Source: a virus (Duplodnaviria > Caudoviricetes). From it: a DNA stretch of 47,411 bases. The translations under genes were made by a program, and so were the position numbers. Below, in pieces: positions 1-9,692 of this stretch. The notes under the pieces were generated by a model, which was not told where the DNA came from, made no database searches, and was given only the letters and a program-made list of their open reading frames with translations. The stretch lies in IMG/VR virus record IMGVR_UViG_3300034103_001438, positions 1-47,411 of that record. The stretch is one strand, 5' to 3'. Every line of letters begins with the position of its first letter. Within the stretch, counting starts at the first letter, position 1.

Positions 1-1
1 C

Positions 2-2104
2 AGGATTTTCCATTATTTCCGAATGAAACCTATTATTGAGGGTGGACTTGGAGATAATCTGCAAGATCATAAGTATAGCAATACTAATATTGTGATCAGC
101 GGTAATGGCTGGAGAGTTTGCAGACTTAATAACGATACTCAGTATTATCCTAATAATTATCATCGTATTGATAGTGGTGTTGTTGCTATCATGGGAAATA
201 TTGCATATCCTGTTCAGACCGCTCAGATTATTGGTCAGGAAAAGGAAGATCAACCAGATCATATTGCCAAGTGGAATAGGGCTTTCCAGAAAGCCGATAT
301 TGATTCGTGGAAGAGTTTCGTTACTGAGATCATTAACTCTGGTCTTTATCTGGAACTTGATTTTGGTATTGGCGAACTGGAAATGGACGTTTCCCGTGAA
401 GGTTTGCAGTATACTAAGAGCGTTATTAAAACTCTGCGTCAAAAGACTCAAGAGATTTATCTTGAGATGAAGGATGAATTTAGTAAGAAGATTTCTGCTG
501 CTAAGACTAAGATCGAGGCTATCACAACATATTATCAGATGAATGAATTGTCTGGTGGATGGGGTGTTGGTGCATCTTGGACTGACCCTAATGGTAAGAG
601 CCACAATATTAATAGTGGTGCTGACCTTGAATATAAAATCAAGGCTGGCAAGAACCTGTACGTTTTTAATTACAAGAGCAGCGGGTATCGTTCACGACGC
701 CTTATTTCTCTAACAGACAAAATCCATCATGATACTCTTACTGGTAAGGGATATTCTTACTGGAATAGTCAGAAGAAGAATGGGAAAATTGCTTTTTTTG
801 TTTGTGACGTTAAGGGTGAAGAAACTGCCAAGAAGATTGTGACACGTTATTGTAATCAAAATGATTGTTTTGCTTACATGATTATGGACACAAAGGATCA
901 TACTCAAAGCGACAAGGGTTTTGATGATCTGATTAATGATGTTGGTGCTGACAATCTGTTAAAGGTTTCTGACTATAAGCATCTTACTCAAAGTTCTGGC
1001 CCTCGTAAAACTGGAGTTAGGAATAGTAATGGAAGTGTTAGCGATCAAGATATATTCTTTATTCATGGTCAGTCTAAGGATTCTGGTAAACTTAGTGTCG
1101 AATATAACGATGCTCTTAGTTTGAAGACTCTTACAAGTGACGAACTAGATGAATTGAGTGATAGTGATTCTATCATTTATGTTCCTATTCTTCGTTATCA
1201 AAGCACACCAGAGTTTCCCAAGATTAATAAGATTGTATCGCTATTTGGTAATGAGAATATCAAGGGACTATTTGGAGATGTGAAGGTTTATGCTATCAAG
1301 AGTAATTTTGTAGCAAAAATGACTAGTGAAGGACACAATCTTGTTGACTTTAACACTTGGTTCAAGAAGATTCTCTCAACAAAGATTAAGAATTATTTTA
1401 ACAATACCAATGAGTACAACTCTATTGTTGAATTCTACAAAAAGGAATTTATCAGTAAGGATGGAGATAACGATAATCATTATTACAATTATGGAACACT
1501 GGTTAGCCAGTTCTCTTGTCATATGTTGAGTATTTTTGGTCTTGACTATAAGAAATATATCAAGAATACTGAACTATCCAATGTTATTGATAGTTTTCTT
1601 GTAATGGAATTCTTTGCTGATACTATGCACAGAGAAACTTTTGATCTGAAACTATTCTCTCAGACTGAATATTTTGACCATATTAACTCTTTGCTCAAGG
1701 ATCGAGGTATTGATAATCTTGATAGTAAAGAACTCAAAAAGAAAAATGTACAGTATAACACTCTTATAAATATTCAACATCAGATGTTTGACCATTCTGA
1801 CGATATTGAGGCATATACTAAATTGTTTAAGTCCGAGACTAAAGCAATCAAGTATAAGTTGACCAAAGTGGCAGACTTGAAGAAAATTCTTAAAGTCGAG
1901 GTTGACAAGAACCCGATGTTGAAGTATATTATGGGAAGCAACCAGAATAACGGCAGTCTTAGACATTTGGACAGCAAGTATAATCCTATCTCTCAATTTG
2001 CTGATAATTATTATGGTAAGAGAAATAATGCTATATGGGTTGAGAGTATGGATAGTGATAAGGTTGATTTGTTTAAGATCCAATTGAGTAGTTTGATTAA
2101 GTAA
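2..2104 (+). CDS. rIIA: rIIA-like protein (protector from prophage-induced early lysis), 5'-truncated by the window edge
   Basis: Frame is open from position 2 (RIFHYFR-MKP...). Motif LELDFGIGELEMDVSREGLQY resembles the conserved rIIA segment; lies directly upstream of a clear rIIB. Confidence 0.8.
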   Translation, partial: RIFHYFRMKPIIEGGLGDNLQDHKYSNTNIVISGNGWRVCRLNNDTQYYPNNYHRIDSGVVAIMGNIAYPVQTAQIIGQEKEDQPDHIAKWNRAFQKADIDSWKSFVTEIINSGLYLELDFGIGELEMDVSREGLQYTKSVIKTLRQKTQEIYLEMKDEFSKKISAAKTKIEAITTYYQMNELSGGWGVGASWTDPNGKSHNINSGADLEYKIKAGKNLYVFNYKSSGYRSRRLISLTDKIHHDTLTGKGYSYWNSQKKNGKIAFFVCDVKGEETAKKIVTRYCNQNDCFAYMIMDTKDHTQSDKGFDDLINDVGADNLLKVSDYKHLTQSSGPRKTGVRNSNGSVSDQDIFFIHGQSKDSGKLSVEYNDALSLKTLTSDELDELSDSDSIIYVPILRYQSTPEFPKINKIVSLFGNENIKGLFGDVKVYAIKSNFVAKMTSEGHNLVDFNTWFKKILSTKIKNYFNNTNEYNSIVEFYKKEFISKDGDNDNHYYNYGTLVSQFSCHMLSIFGLDYKKYIKNTELSNVIDSFLVMEFFADTMHRETFDLKLFSQTEYFDHINSLLKDRGIDNLDSKELKKKNVQYNTLINIQHQMFDHSDDIEAYTKLFKSETKAIKYKLTKVADLKKILKVEVDKNPMLKYIMGSNQNNGSLRHLDSKYNPISQFADNYYGKRNNAIWVESMDSDKVDLFKIQLSSLIK

Positions 2105-2140
2105 TTCACAAGGTAACTAAAAACAATAGGAGTTTATATC

Positions 2141-3001
2141 ATGAGTGTTCCGTTTATGTTTGTTGATGGTAATCTGACAGTTGTGCTGAACAACAAGAGT
2201 TTTCAAGTTCTGCCTGACCATCTTAATTATAAGATGATTCTGGAGGCACTGCCTACTGCAACATCTGACGAGTTGATTGAAATGATTGATATTGAGAAGG
2301 CAGTTGCTACTTTTAGTGACGGTCTTGTTGAGATCAAGAATGGTCAGGTAACTTATGAGGGCGAGGTTGTTCATGGGTCGATTAGCAAGAGAATTCTGGA
2401 GTTTATGAGCAAGGGTCTGCCTTTTCAGCCTCTTGTTAATTTCCTGAATAATCTTATGGGTAATCCTAGTATGCAGAGTCAAAAGGAACTCTATGATTTC
2501 CTTGAGCATGAGCATCTGCCCATTACTGAGGATGGTTATTTCCTTGCTTATAAGGCAGTCAGAGCAGATTACATGGACAAATATCGAGGAGTATTTGATA
2601 ATCATGTTGGTAATGTTTGTGAAATGACCCGATCAAAGGTTGATGATGATCGTGGCCGAGGTTGTTCTAATGGGCTTCATGCTGGTGCATTGAATTATGT
2701 GGCTGGTTATGGCAGTCTTGAAAATGGCGATAAGATCGTTATCGTTAAGATTAATCCTGCTGATGTTGTGAGTGTTCCTAGTGATTGTAACTATGAGAAA
2801 CTTCGCACTTGCCGATATGAAGTTGTCGGAGAGTATCAAGGCGAACTTCTCAAGCCTCTTTATTCATCTGTCTTTAGTGAGGATGATTACGAGGATGAGG
2901 ATGAAGATTATGATAATGATTATGATTGGGGATGGAATGAGGATGATGACGAAGAGGCTTATGCTGAAGATGATGAGGAAGATTACGACGATTATAACTG
3001 A
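2141..3001 (+). CDS. rIIB: rIIB-like protein with long acidic C-terminal tail
   Basis: LPITEDGYFLAYKAV, CSNGLH and VKINPADVVSVP..KLRTCRYEVV are rIIB core motifs; AGGAG RBS upstream. Confidence 0.9.
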   Translation: MSVPFMFVDGNLTVVLNNKSFQVLPDHLNYKMILEALPTATSDELIEMIDIEKAVATFSDGLVEIKNGQVTYEGEVVHGSISKRILEFMSKGLPFQPLVNFLNNLMGNPSMQSQKELYDFLEHEHLPITEDGYFLAYKAVRADYMDKYRGVFDNHVGNVCEMTRSKVDDDRGRGCSNGLHAGALNYVAGYGSLENGDKIVIVKINPADVVSVPSDCNYEKLRTCRYEVVGEYQGELLKPLYSSVFSEDDYEDEDEDYDNDYDWGWNEDDDEEAYAEDDEEDYDDYN

Positions 3002-3014
3002 TTAATAAAAATAA

Positions 3015-3100
3015 AGTGGAGTCTGGTGACTAAGATAATAGCCTCTGGTTGGGAAACTCAACAAACGCTATTTGAGAGAGGTTCAATTCCTCTCCCGCTA
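3015..3100 (+). ncRNA. tRNA-like structured RNA (perfect T-arm, non-canonical remainder)
   Basis: GAGAGG-TTCAATT-CCTCTC T-arm (3076-3094); AATAGC/GCTATT stem (3037-3042/3067-3072) enclosing GTTGGG-AAA-CTCAAC; AGTC-TGGT-GACT hairpin; AGTGG/CCGCT closing stem; intergenic. Confidence 0.5.
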
Positions 3101-3179
3101 TTTTATATCGCTAATGATAGTAGAGGTTGCTATCCCGATATTGGTTTGGGTTGTTTACAATTACAGGTAATGGTGAAAT

Positions 3180-4355
3180 ATGTTTAAGATGGAACTTGGT
3201 TTTAATCCGTATGACAAGGCTAACAGCAGTGCTGAAAAGCGTTATGCTAATTCGTGGAATGGACTGCAAGAGCAGTTTCTAAATTCTTTTAATCTGGTTG
3301 GTCATATCTTTTGCTATAATGGAGATCCTCGTAGAAAGATTAGTAGTATGAAGCATACTAATGATCTTGTTGAGGTTCGTAATGCTAATGAGAATAGCAA
3401 CTCTGATGCTTACTTCTATGTTAACGGTGGACGAAAGCAGTATGCTATCAATACCATTGCTTGTTGTTTTGTAGATATTGATGCTGGACGAGACGCTGCT
3501 GGAAACTATCTGCCCAGTAAAGAGGTTATGAAGTTTAAGCAGTCTGCTCTTGATAAGATCAATAACTTTGCTGTTAAGCCAAGTTGGGTAGTTGATACTC
3601 GTAATGGTTATCAGATTTATTGGATTCTGGACGATCAGAGTCGAACTCTAGTTAATCAAACCACATGGAATGGTATTCAGAAGAAACTGGTAAATTACTT
3701 TGGTGGAGATGCACGAGCCATCAAGATCAATCAAATTTACCGAGTTCCTTATACTTGGTGGCGTAAGTGCTGGGAAAAGAAAGCATCTTACTTTACAAGT
3801 ATTCTGACTGGCTCAACTGGTCATAGAATTAATGTTCAAGATTTAATCTCTGCATTAAATGGTCAGCCAGCAACAGTAACCATTGTTCCTAATGCTACTA
3901 GTGATGCTTGGTTTGACCAGTGGAGAAAAACCTATAAGAAGTCTGATGCTACTGGACTTCCTGTAACGGTTGATGCTGCTGCAAAAATTCTGAATGAACT
4001 TAATACTCAAAGGGCAGTCTATACAAATAGTACCTCTGATTGTTGTGGTCAAAAGAACTCTATGAGTAGTGCTTGGGCGTCTTATAACGAGACTCCAAAT
4101 AGTTACAACGAGAATCTTTCAAAGGCTTACAACAACAACTTTGAAAAGGCTTATGGTGATCCGTCGCCAGTATTGCCTTCTCATGCTGGTGACAGTGGTT
4201 TAGTTTTGAGTGGGGAGCAGGCCAAACTTTTAAAAACGGTGGTCGAGTACCTCAACCAAGCATCCACAGCGTTGTATTTCAGCAACAACCGATTCCTTTC
4301 TGGTGCTGCCAGAGACTTAGCAAACCAGATTAGCGATAGGTTTTGTGTGGGTTAA
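3180..4355 (+). CDS. RepB-type DNA primase (AEP superfamily) with uncharacterised C-terminal region
   Basis: CCFVDID, PSWVVDTRNGYQIYW and D.AIKINQIYRVP match RepB_primase motifs. Confidence 0.75.
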   Translation: MFKMELGFNPYDKANSSAEKRYANSWNGLQEQFLNSFNLVGHIFCYNGDPRRKISSMKHTNDLVEVRNANENSNSDAYFYVNGGRKQYAINTIACCFVDIDAGRDAAGNYLPSKEVMKFKQSALDKINNFAVKPSWVVDTRNGYQIYWILDDQSRTLVNQTTWNGIQKKLVNYFGGDARAIKINQIYRVPYTWWRKCWEKKASYFTSILTGSTGHRINVQDLISALNGQPATVTIVPNATSDAWFDQWRKTYKKSDATGLPVTVDAAAKILNELNTQRAVYTNSTSDCCGQKNSMSSAWASYNETPNSYNENLSKAYNNNFEKAYGDPSPVLPSHAGDSGLVLSGEQAKLLKTVVEYLNQASTALYFSNNRFLSGAARDLANQISDRFCVG

Positions 4356-4358
4356 ATT

Positions 4359-4772
4359 ATGAATAACCAAGAATATCCAGAAAATAATGATCCTTATAAA
4401 TTCTACTTTCAGATAGATACTGAATGGATCAAGAAATATATGGATAGTCTGCTCAATAAGATAGAATATAAATGGATAACTAAGGAAGTTATAGAGGATG
4501 CGTTGAAGAACCTACCTAACTATAATACTCCTTTACTTCCAGATGGATTTTCTCCGATTTCGTTACCTGTGAATAGTTCGTTCTCCAGTACAGCGGATGA
4601 TAAAAAGTCCCTGTACTTGGGGAACAACTATTGGAACGAAGGAATATGGAAAATAAAATACTTTGTCTACAACAAATTACAGAAAGAATATGAATTACAT
4701 TTGCAAAGTCATGCTAGGCATATTGTTAGCCAGCCTAGATACTATGAAGGATTATTTGAAATACTTAATTAG
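4359..4772 (+). CDS. hypothetical protein
   Basis: 137-aa ORF, tightly packed in the operon. Confidence 0.7.
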   Translation: MNNQEYPENNDPYKFYFQIDTEWIKKYMDSLLNKIEYKWITKEVIEDALKNLPNYNTPLLPDGFSPISLPVNSSFSSTADDKKSLYLGNNYWNEGIWKIKYFVYNKLQKEYELHLQSHARHIVSQPRYYEGLFEILN

Positions 4773-4781
4773 GAAAAACTT

Positions 4782-5213
4782 ATGAATAATGATAATGAAG
4801 ATTGGTTCATAATAAAAGATTTTCAAGGATTTATAGAAGCAACAAGAGCATTAGTATTTAATTCTTTTGGTTCAGAGCAGGGAGATAAGAATAAAGACGA
4901 TTTTATGCTGTCAGTTACAAATAAAGATAAACAAGAAATTGACAATATTTTATCTTATGATGAATCGCTCACTATAGTAGTAGGCTTTCTCAAAAAAGAA
5001 AAAAATAAAACTACCTCTAAAATTAGATATTTAGTTAATGATGATGCTTATATGAAAATAATATATGCACTCAATGATAGAATGACAAGTAATATATTGA
5101 ATGGATTAGTAAATAAAGGTATTGTTGAAACAGCATATGATGATGAATCAAATGACTTTATATTTTGGATAAAAGATAAAGATAATGATAATCAAAAACC
5201 AAAAACCGACTGA
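4782..5213 (+). CDS. hypothetical protein
   Basis: 143-aa ORF with AGGA RBS; C-terminal LNGLVNKGIVETAYD could be winged-helix-like. Confidence 0.7.
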   Translation: MNNDNEDWFIIKDFQGFIEATRALVFNSFGSEQGDKNKDDFMLSVTNKDKQEIDNILSYDESLTIVVGFLKKEKNKTTSKIRYLVNDDAYMKIIYALNDRMTSNILNGLVNKGIVETAYDDESNDFIFWIKDKDNDNQKPKTD

Positions 5214-5601
5214 AATAGAAGCTAATATAAAATATACTTGTCCAAATGAGAAATGTAAATTCGATCATTGGATATCTCTAAAAGAAGCACAAACAAAAAA
5301 TTTCAAAATAGTTTGTGATTGTTCTACGGTTTTTTCCCCAAAAACAATTAAAATAGTTGTTGTCAAATACAAAAAATTTAAGCAAAAATCTATTTTAGTT
5401 CCTGATAAGGTTGAAGAAACAATTCATCATACAATACCAGATGATATATTAATAAAATCTAGTAAGATTATGCAGACATTTGGGTTTAGAAAAAAAGAAG
5501 CAGATCTTATGTTAACAGAATTTTTCAAGACTAATCCTATTTACGACTTTAAACAATTGGTTCAGAATACTTTAGCTTTTAATGGAGAAAAAAATGTCTA
5601 A
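5185..5601 (+). CDS. Zn-ribbon protein with RuvA C-terminal-like (domain III) region
   Basis: CPNEKC...CDC near the N-terminus; IMQTFGFRKKEADLML...KQLVQNTL resembles RuvA_C (ALxxLGFxxxEA...EELIRxAL); overlaps the ruvB start. Confidence 0.55.
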   Translation: MIIKNQKPTEIEANIKYTCPNEKCKFDHWISLKEAQTKNFKIVCDCSTVFSPKTIKIVVVKYKKFKQKSILVPDKVEETIHHTIPDDILIKSSKIMQTFGFRKKEADLMLTEFFKTNPIYDFKQLVQNTLAFNGEKNV

Positions 5602-6511
5602 TTCAATTAGGCCAGATAATTTTAATGCTATTATTGGACAGGATGATTCTATAACTCGTCTGAGAGTCTCTGTGGCCGGATGTAAAAACTCAGGGTCTGT
5701 GATGCCTCATGTTTTAATAGACGGCCCACCGGGGCTAGGAAAGACCACTATAGCGGGTGCTATAGCCAACGAGATGGGTGTAAATCTTTATACGGCAAAC
5801 GCTGCAACAATACGCAGTATTAAGAATATTATGCCATATATCATGGGTCTAACACCAAGATCAGTTCTATTTATAGACGAAATTCATAGATTACCAAAAA
5901 TTGTAGAAGAATTTCTGTATCCTGTAATGGAAGATTTTGCTATTGGAATAGTAACAACAGATAGTGACGATAAGGATATTGTTGACACAATAGATATTCC
6001 AAAATTCACTCTTATAGGAGCAACTACAAGTGGTGGCTCTTTAAGTCAACCATTTTATGATAGATTTACTATTAAGGAACATCTTTCATTCTATTCTGAT
6101 ATTGATCTAGCTAAAGTAGCAAGGTTGAATTGTGATAAAATGGGAATAGTCATAGATGATTCAGACCTTTTGGAAATAGCCAAGAGAAGCAAGGGTACTC
6201 CTAGAATATTAAACGGAAGACTATTATGGTATAAGAATTATATTTCTTGCTACCCAGATCATACAAAAACTATTGATGAAATATTTGCTATTCAAGGTAT
6301 TGATGAGTATGGTTTTGATAATTACGATAGACTATATCTGAGTATTATTAAAAAATGCAAAGGAAATCCTATAGGATTAAAGGGTATTTCGTCTATGACT
6401 GGTATTGCTATCGAGACTATTGAGAATAGTATAGAACCATATATGGTAAGAAAAGGTATTGTTATTAGAACTCAAAAGGGTAGAATACTAGATGACAGAT
6501 CACACTTTTGA
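5594..6511 (+). CDS. ruvB: Holliday junction branch-migration helicase RuvB
   Basis: IRP..F..IIGQ, GPPGLGKTT (Walker A), VLFIDEIHRL (Walker B), LYPVMEDF, FTLIGATT, GTPRI, IEPY...RTQKGR. Start moved to ATG 5594 after GGAG. Confidence 0.95.
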   Translation: MSNSIRPDNFNAIIGQDDSITRLRVSVAGCKNSGSVMPHVLIDGPPGLGKTTIAGAIANEMGVNLYTANAATIRSIKNIMPYIMGLTPRSVLFIDEIHRLPKIVEEFLYPVMEDFAIGIVTTDSDDKDIVDTIDIPKFTLIGATTSGGSLSQPFYDRFTIKEHLSFYSDIDLAKVARLNCDKMGIVIDDSDLLEIAKRSKGTPRILNGRLLWYKNYISCYPDHTKTIDEIFAIQGIDEYGFDNYDRLYLSIIKKCKGNPIGLKGISSMTGIAIETIENSIEPYMVRKGIVIRTQKGRILDDRSHF

Positions 6512-7247
6512 TATTGTAGTCTCGACAAGAGATAACCATGAATGGATAGAAACCTATTTATTATCGTATATAAAGTTTACAAGTGATCCATACAAATATA
6601 ATATACATATATTAGATAGTTCTATAGAAGAAAACTATATAACATTAGTTGATATTATAGATAATTTTGATCTAAATATTTTCTTAAAAAGATACTCTAG
6701 AGATATTCATTATCATAATATTTGGACAAATGGTATATCATTATGTAACAATGATTTTATTCTTATAACACATGCAGATATTATCTATTTGTATAAAAAT
6801 TGGGATCTGTTTTTATTAGATAAAATTAATTCAAACTATAATTTAATCAGTGTATCTGTTAGAACAAAAAAATATCCAGAGTCTGTTTTTATTTTGTCAG
6901 AGAAATCAATATTCACAGATTCAAATTTTGATCATTCTATGATAGACAAAAAACTTATTGAACATGGCCTCATTCTAGAGAATCAGAAAAAAACATCTGG
7001 ATTAGATTTTTATATTAAAGACAGCATATACTATAAAATGTATGGAGATATAGTATTATTAGAAGATAAAGATTTTCTATATCATTCATATTATTCATCC
7101 AGAATAAAGCCTGAATCAAGTTGCCCTATTCCTGATGGGCCGGAAAAAAATTATATCTTGAATAGAGAACCTTTTGATAAAACAATCGAAAGACTAAAAC
7201 TCTTTCTTAAATCTAGTGAATCTTTATCTTTAAAGAATTTTTTATAA
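6492..7247 (+). CDS. putative GT-A (GT2-like) glycosyltransferase
   Basis: FDIVVST, IHILDSS, NGISLCNNDFILITHADI (HxD variant of DxD). Confidence 0.55.
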   Translation: MTDHTFDIVVSTRDNHEWIETYLLSYIKFTSDPYKYNIHILDSSIEENYITLVDIIDNFDLNIFLKRYSRDIHYHNIWTNGISLCNNDFILITHADIIYLYKNWDLFLLDKINSNYNLISVSVRTKKYPESVFILSEKSIFTDSNFDHSMIDKKLIEHGLILENQKKTSGLDFYIKDSIYYKMYGDIVLLEDKDFLYHSYYSSRIKPESSCPIPDGPEKNYILNREPFDKTIERLKLFLKSSESLSLKNFL

Positions 7248-7280
7248 AATATTCATTAACATCATACAATAATACAATAT

Positions 7281-7306
7281 AAAGATGCCAAACGGCATCT
7301 TTTTTT
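7281..7306 (+). terminator. intrinsic terminator
   Basis: AAAGATGCC-AAAC-GGCATCTTT followed by a T-run. Confidence 0.75.
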
Positions 7307-7317
7307 ATTATAGTTAC

Positions 7318-7953
7318 ATGATAAATAATGAAAAAATATTAATACTTGGCGGAACGCAAATGATCGGAAGAGATTTTGTGGATGCCTGTATAGATAAAAA
7401 TATATATCCTATTATAGCAAATAGAAATATTACTAATAAAAATTTATTTGATAAATTAAATCATATTAGTATAGATAGAAATGATATAAACAAATGTAAA
7501 AATTTAAATAATACATATTTCAATATAGTAATAGATTTTTCATGTTATAATATTAATCAATTTTTAAATACTTATACCAACATTAATTGCTCTCATTATA
7601 TTTTTATTTCAACCCTGTGTTCATTTGATAATAGAGTGCTAAATGATAGTAGTCACTGGCTACATGGGTATTGTAAAAATAAAAAAACAGTAGAAGATCA
7701 TATAATACAGAATAATATTACTGATATATCAATAGTCAGACCATGTGTAATATATGGAAAATATGATTATACAAATAGATTTTATGAAAAAAATAATCAA
7801 ATATATTGGAAACATAATAATATATTAGTGAAAGAAAATAAATATTATATTCCTGTAAGAAAATTTTCTCATTATTTACTTGAATATGTTTTGTCTAAAA
7901 ATAAAGATAAGATCATACATATAGATGGCACTGGAACTAATATTATAAAATGA
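7318..7953 (+). CDS. NAD-dependent epimerase/dehydratase family (atypical SDR)
   Basis: KILILGGTQMIG, YIFIST, YCKNK, IVRPCVIYG. The track start at 7285 falls inside the terminator hairpin, so ATG 7318 is preferred. Confidence 0.75.
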   Translation: MINNEKILILGGTQMIGRDFVDACIDKNIYPIIANRNITNKNLFDKLNHISIDRNDINKCKNLNNTYFNIVIDFSCYNINQFLNTYTNINCSHYIFISTLCSFDNRVLNDSSHWLHGYCKNKKTVEDHIIQNNITDISIVRPCVIYGKYDYTNRFYEKNNQIYWKHNNILVKENKYYIPVRKFSHYLLEYVLSKNKDKIIHIDGTGTNIIK

Positions 7954-8786
7954 AAGTTATCTGCATATTAACATATGAAAGAACTGGTTCTGGTTGGCTG
8001 TCAGGAATATTTGACACAGAAGATTCCGTATCTGTGCATGAGATATTTAGCGACGATCCATTATTATGGTTTATGAAGTGCGAACAAATATTTAAAAAAA
8101 TATACAATGTTGATCCAACACTATTAAAATTTTTATCTTCAATATATCATTACAATAATTTATTTTTAGATACCATAACTTATGATAAAATTAAATATAA
8201 AATATTAAAAAATAATATATATAATGAACAAATATTAAAATTATTTATTGATATTTGTAAACAACACAATATGAATTTTGTTTTTAAGTTATTTCCACAG
8301 CATATAAAATATATATCAAAAGACTTTCTACATAACAATACTGACTTTATGATCTTAAATTATAGGCAAGATCTAACAAAAAGTTATTATAGTCTAGAGA
8401 AGGCTAGAGTCAGCGGGATTTGGTTTAAAGATCAAACAAACAGACAAAAAGAAGAAATAGGAATTATGTGGGATGAAAATTTATATAATACATATACAAA
8501 TAATATAATAAACAATACAACAATACTAAAAAATATTTATGATAATTTTATAAAGAATAAATGTATATTTTCATATGAAGAAATACATGAGAACAAATCA
8601 TTAAATACATATTTAAGTAAAATAGAATATATAAAAAATATAATCCAAGATAATAATATCATATTTAATTTAAATAATAAAGAATATTTTAGCAAACAAA
8701 ATAATAGTATAAATTTTATAAATCAAACAGATTTTTTAATGTCATTAGAATCATCAAACCTAAAAACAAAACTATGCATACAATAA
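7950..8786 (+). CDS. sulfotransferase (Stf0-like)
   Basis: N-terminal ILTYERTGSGWL PAPS-binding loop, HEIF, FKLFPQH, YRQDLTKSYYS, FSYEEI. Confidence 0.7.
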   Translation: MKVICILTYERTGSGWLSGIFDTEDSVSVHEIFSDDPLLWFMKCEQIFKKIYNVDPTLLKFLSSIYHYNNLFLDTITYDKIKYKILKNNIYNEQILKLFIDICKQHNMNFVFKLFPQHIKYISKDFLHNNTDFMILNYRQDLTKSYYSLEKARVSGIWFKDQTNRQKEEIGIMWDENLYNTYTNNIINNTTILKNIYDNFIKNKCIFSYEEIHENKSLNTYLSKIEYIKNIIQDNNIIFNLNNKEYFSKQNNSINFINQTDFLMSLESSNLKTKLCIQ

Positions 8787-9658
8787 TAGAAAATAATTTA
8801 AAACAAAATAATTATATATCAAACAAAATTATTTTTACATATTTTAATAAACCATTTAATTATTTAATCATAGATAATCTTTTTAATGAAACAATATATG
8901 ATCAGATAAGTAAAAAATTTAAATCGTTTATTGATAGAACAATACCATATAAAGACCAACCAGGGGCAACAAGTAATTATGAAGGCTACATATCTGGATT
9001 ATCTTTAAATGATTGTGTTGACGGATATGATTTTTTTATATCTGATGAATTACAAACTTTTACAGAAAATACGTTTGATATTAAAACAACAAAATATATG
9101 TCACCATCTGCTCATTTTCATAAGTCTCCATCAAAAGATGGTTTTATACATAGAGATATGAATATATGTTCTTTTAAGAAAGAAAATAAATTAAAAGTAT
9201 TAAATAATTGTTCTTATACAGATGACAGCTTAAATAAACAGCCAGAAACAGAAAAAGTTATAAGAAGCATAGCTTTTTTGTATTATCTTAATAATCCTAA
9301 AGACTTAACAAATTATTATGGAGGAGGTACTGGCTTATATGATTCTTATGGCGGAAATAAGATAGATGAAATTAAACCAATAAATAATAGATTGTTTATG
9401 TTTGAAATTAGTCACAATAGTTTTCATAGTTATATTGGAAGTAATTTTGATAGATCGTGCGTTGTGTCGTGGTATCATTCTTCTCCAGCGTATATTATCA
9501 ATAGACATTGGAAACAATATTATAAAATGGCTAAAAAAAATCAATCATTAGTAGAAAGATGGGGTAATAATCCTCTAGGTGGATTTTGGCCAATAGAAAA
9601 AGATCCTAACTATAAGAAATATTTTAATAGTAGTCTAGACCAACTAGTGAATAATTAA
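8774..9658 (+). CDS. 2OG-Fe(II) oxygenase, prolyl-hydroxylase-like
   Basis: HRD, RSIAFLYYLN, GGGT, IKPINNRLFMF, SFH, RSCVVSWY. Confidence 0.85.
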   Translation: MHTIIENNLKQNNYISNKIIFTYFNKPFNYLIIDNLFNETIYDQISKKFKSFIDRTIPYKDQPGATSNYEGYISGLSLNDCVDGYDFFISDELQTFTENTFDIKTTKYMSPSAHFHKSPSKDGFIHRDMNICSFKKENKLKVLNNCSYTDDSLNKQPETEKVIRSIAFLYYLNNPKDLTNYYGGGTGLYDSYGGNKIDEIKPINNRLFMFEISHNSFHSYIGSNFDRSCVVSWYHSSPAYIINRHWKQYYKMAKKNQSLVERWGNNPLGGFWPIEKDPNYKKYFNSSLDQLVNN

Positions 9659-9662
9659 GTTA

Positions 9663-9680
9663 GGTGTAATTTATTTATAA
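9663..9680 (+). promoter_or_regulatory. putative phage promoter (GGTGTA + AT-rich)
   Basis: GGTGTAATTTATTTATAA 30 nt before ATG 9693; the motif recurs before other genes. Confidence 0.45.
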
Positions 9681-9692
9681 GGAATACTATTT

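Noticed and set aside
2880-3001. GAT/GAN-rich low-complexity tract
   Set aside because: Encodes the acidic tail of rIIB; not an independent element.
3015-3100. Canonical tRNA gene
   Set aside because: No standard anticodon arm or 7-bp acceptor stem could be built; kept only as a tRNA-like element.
4075-4160. Short imperfect repeats in the primase (SYNE twice, KAY twice)
   Set aside because: Too short and degenerate to support an origin or repeat call.
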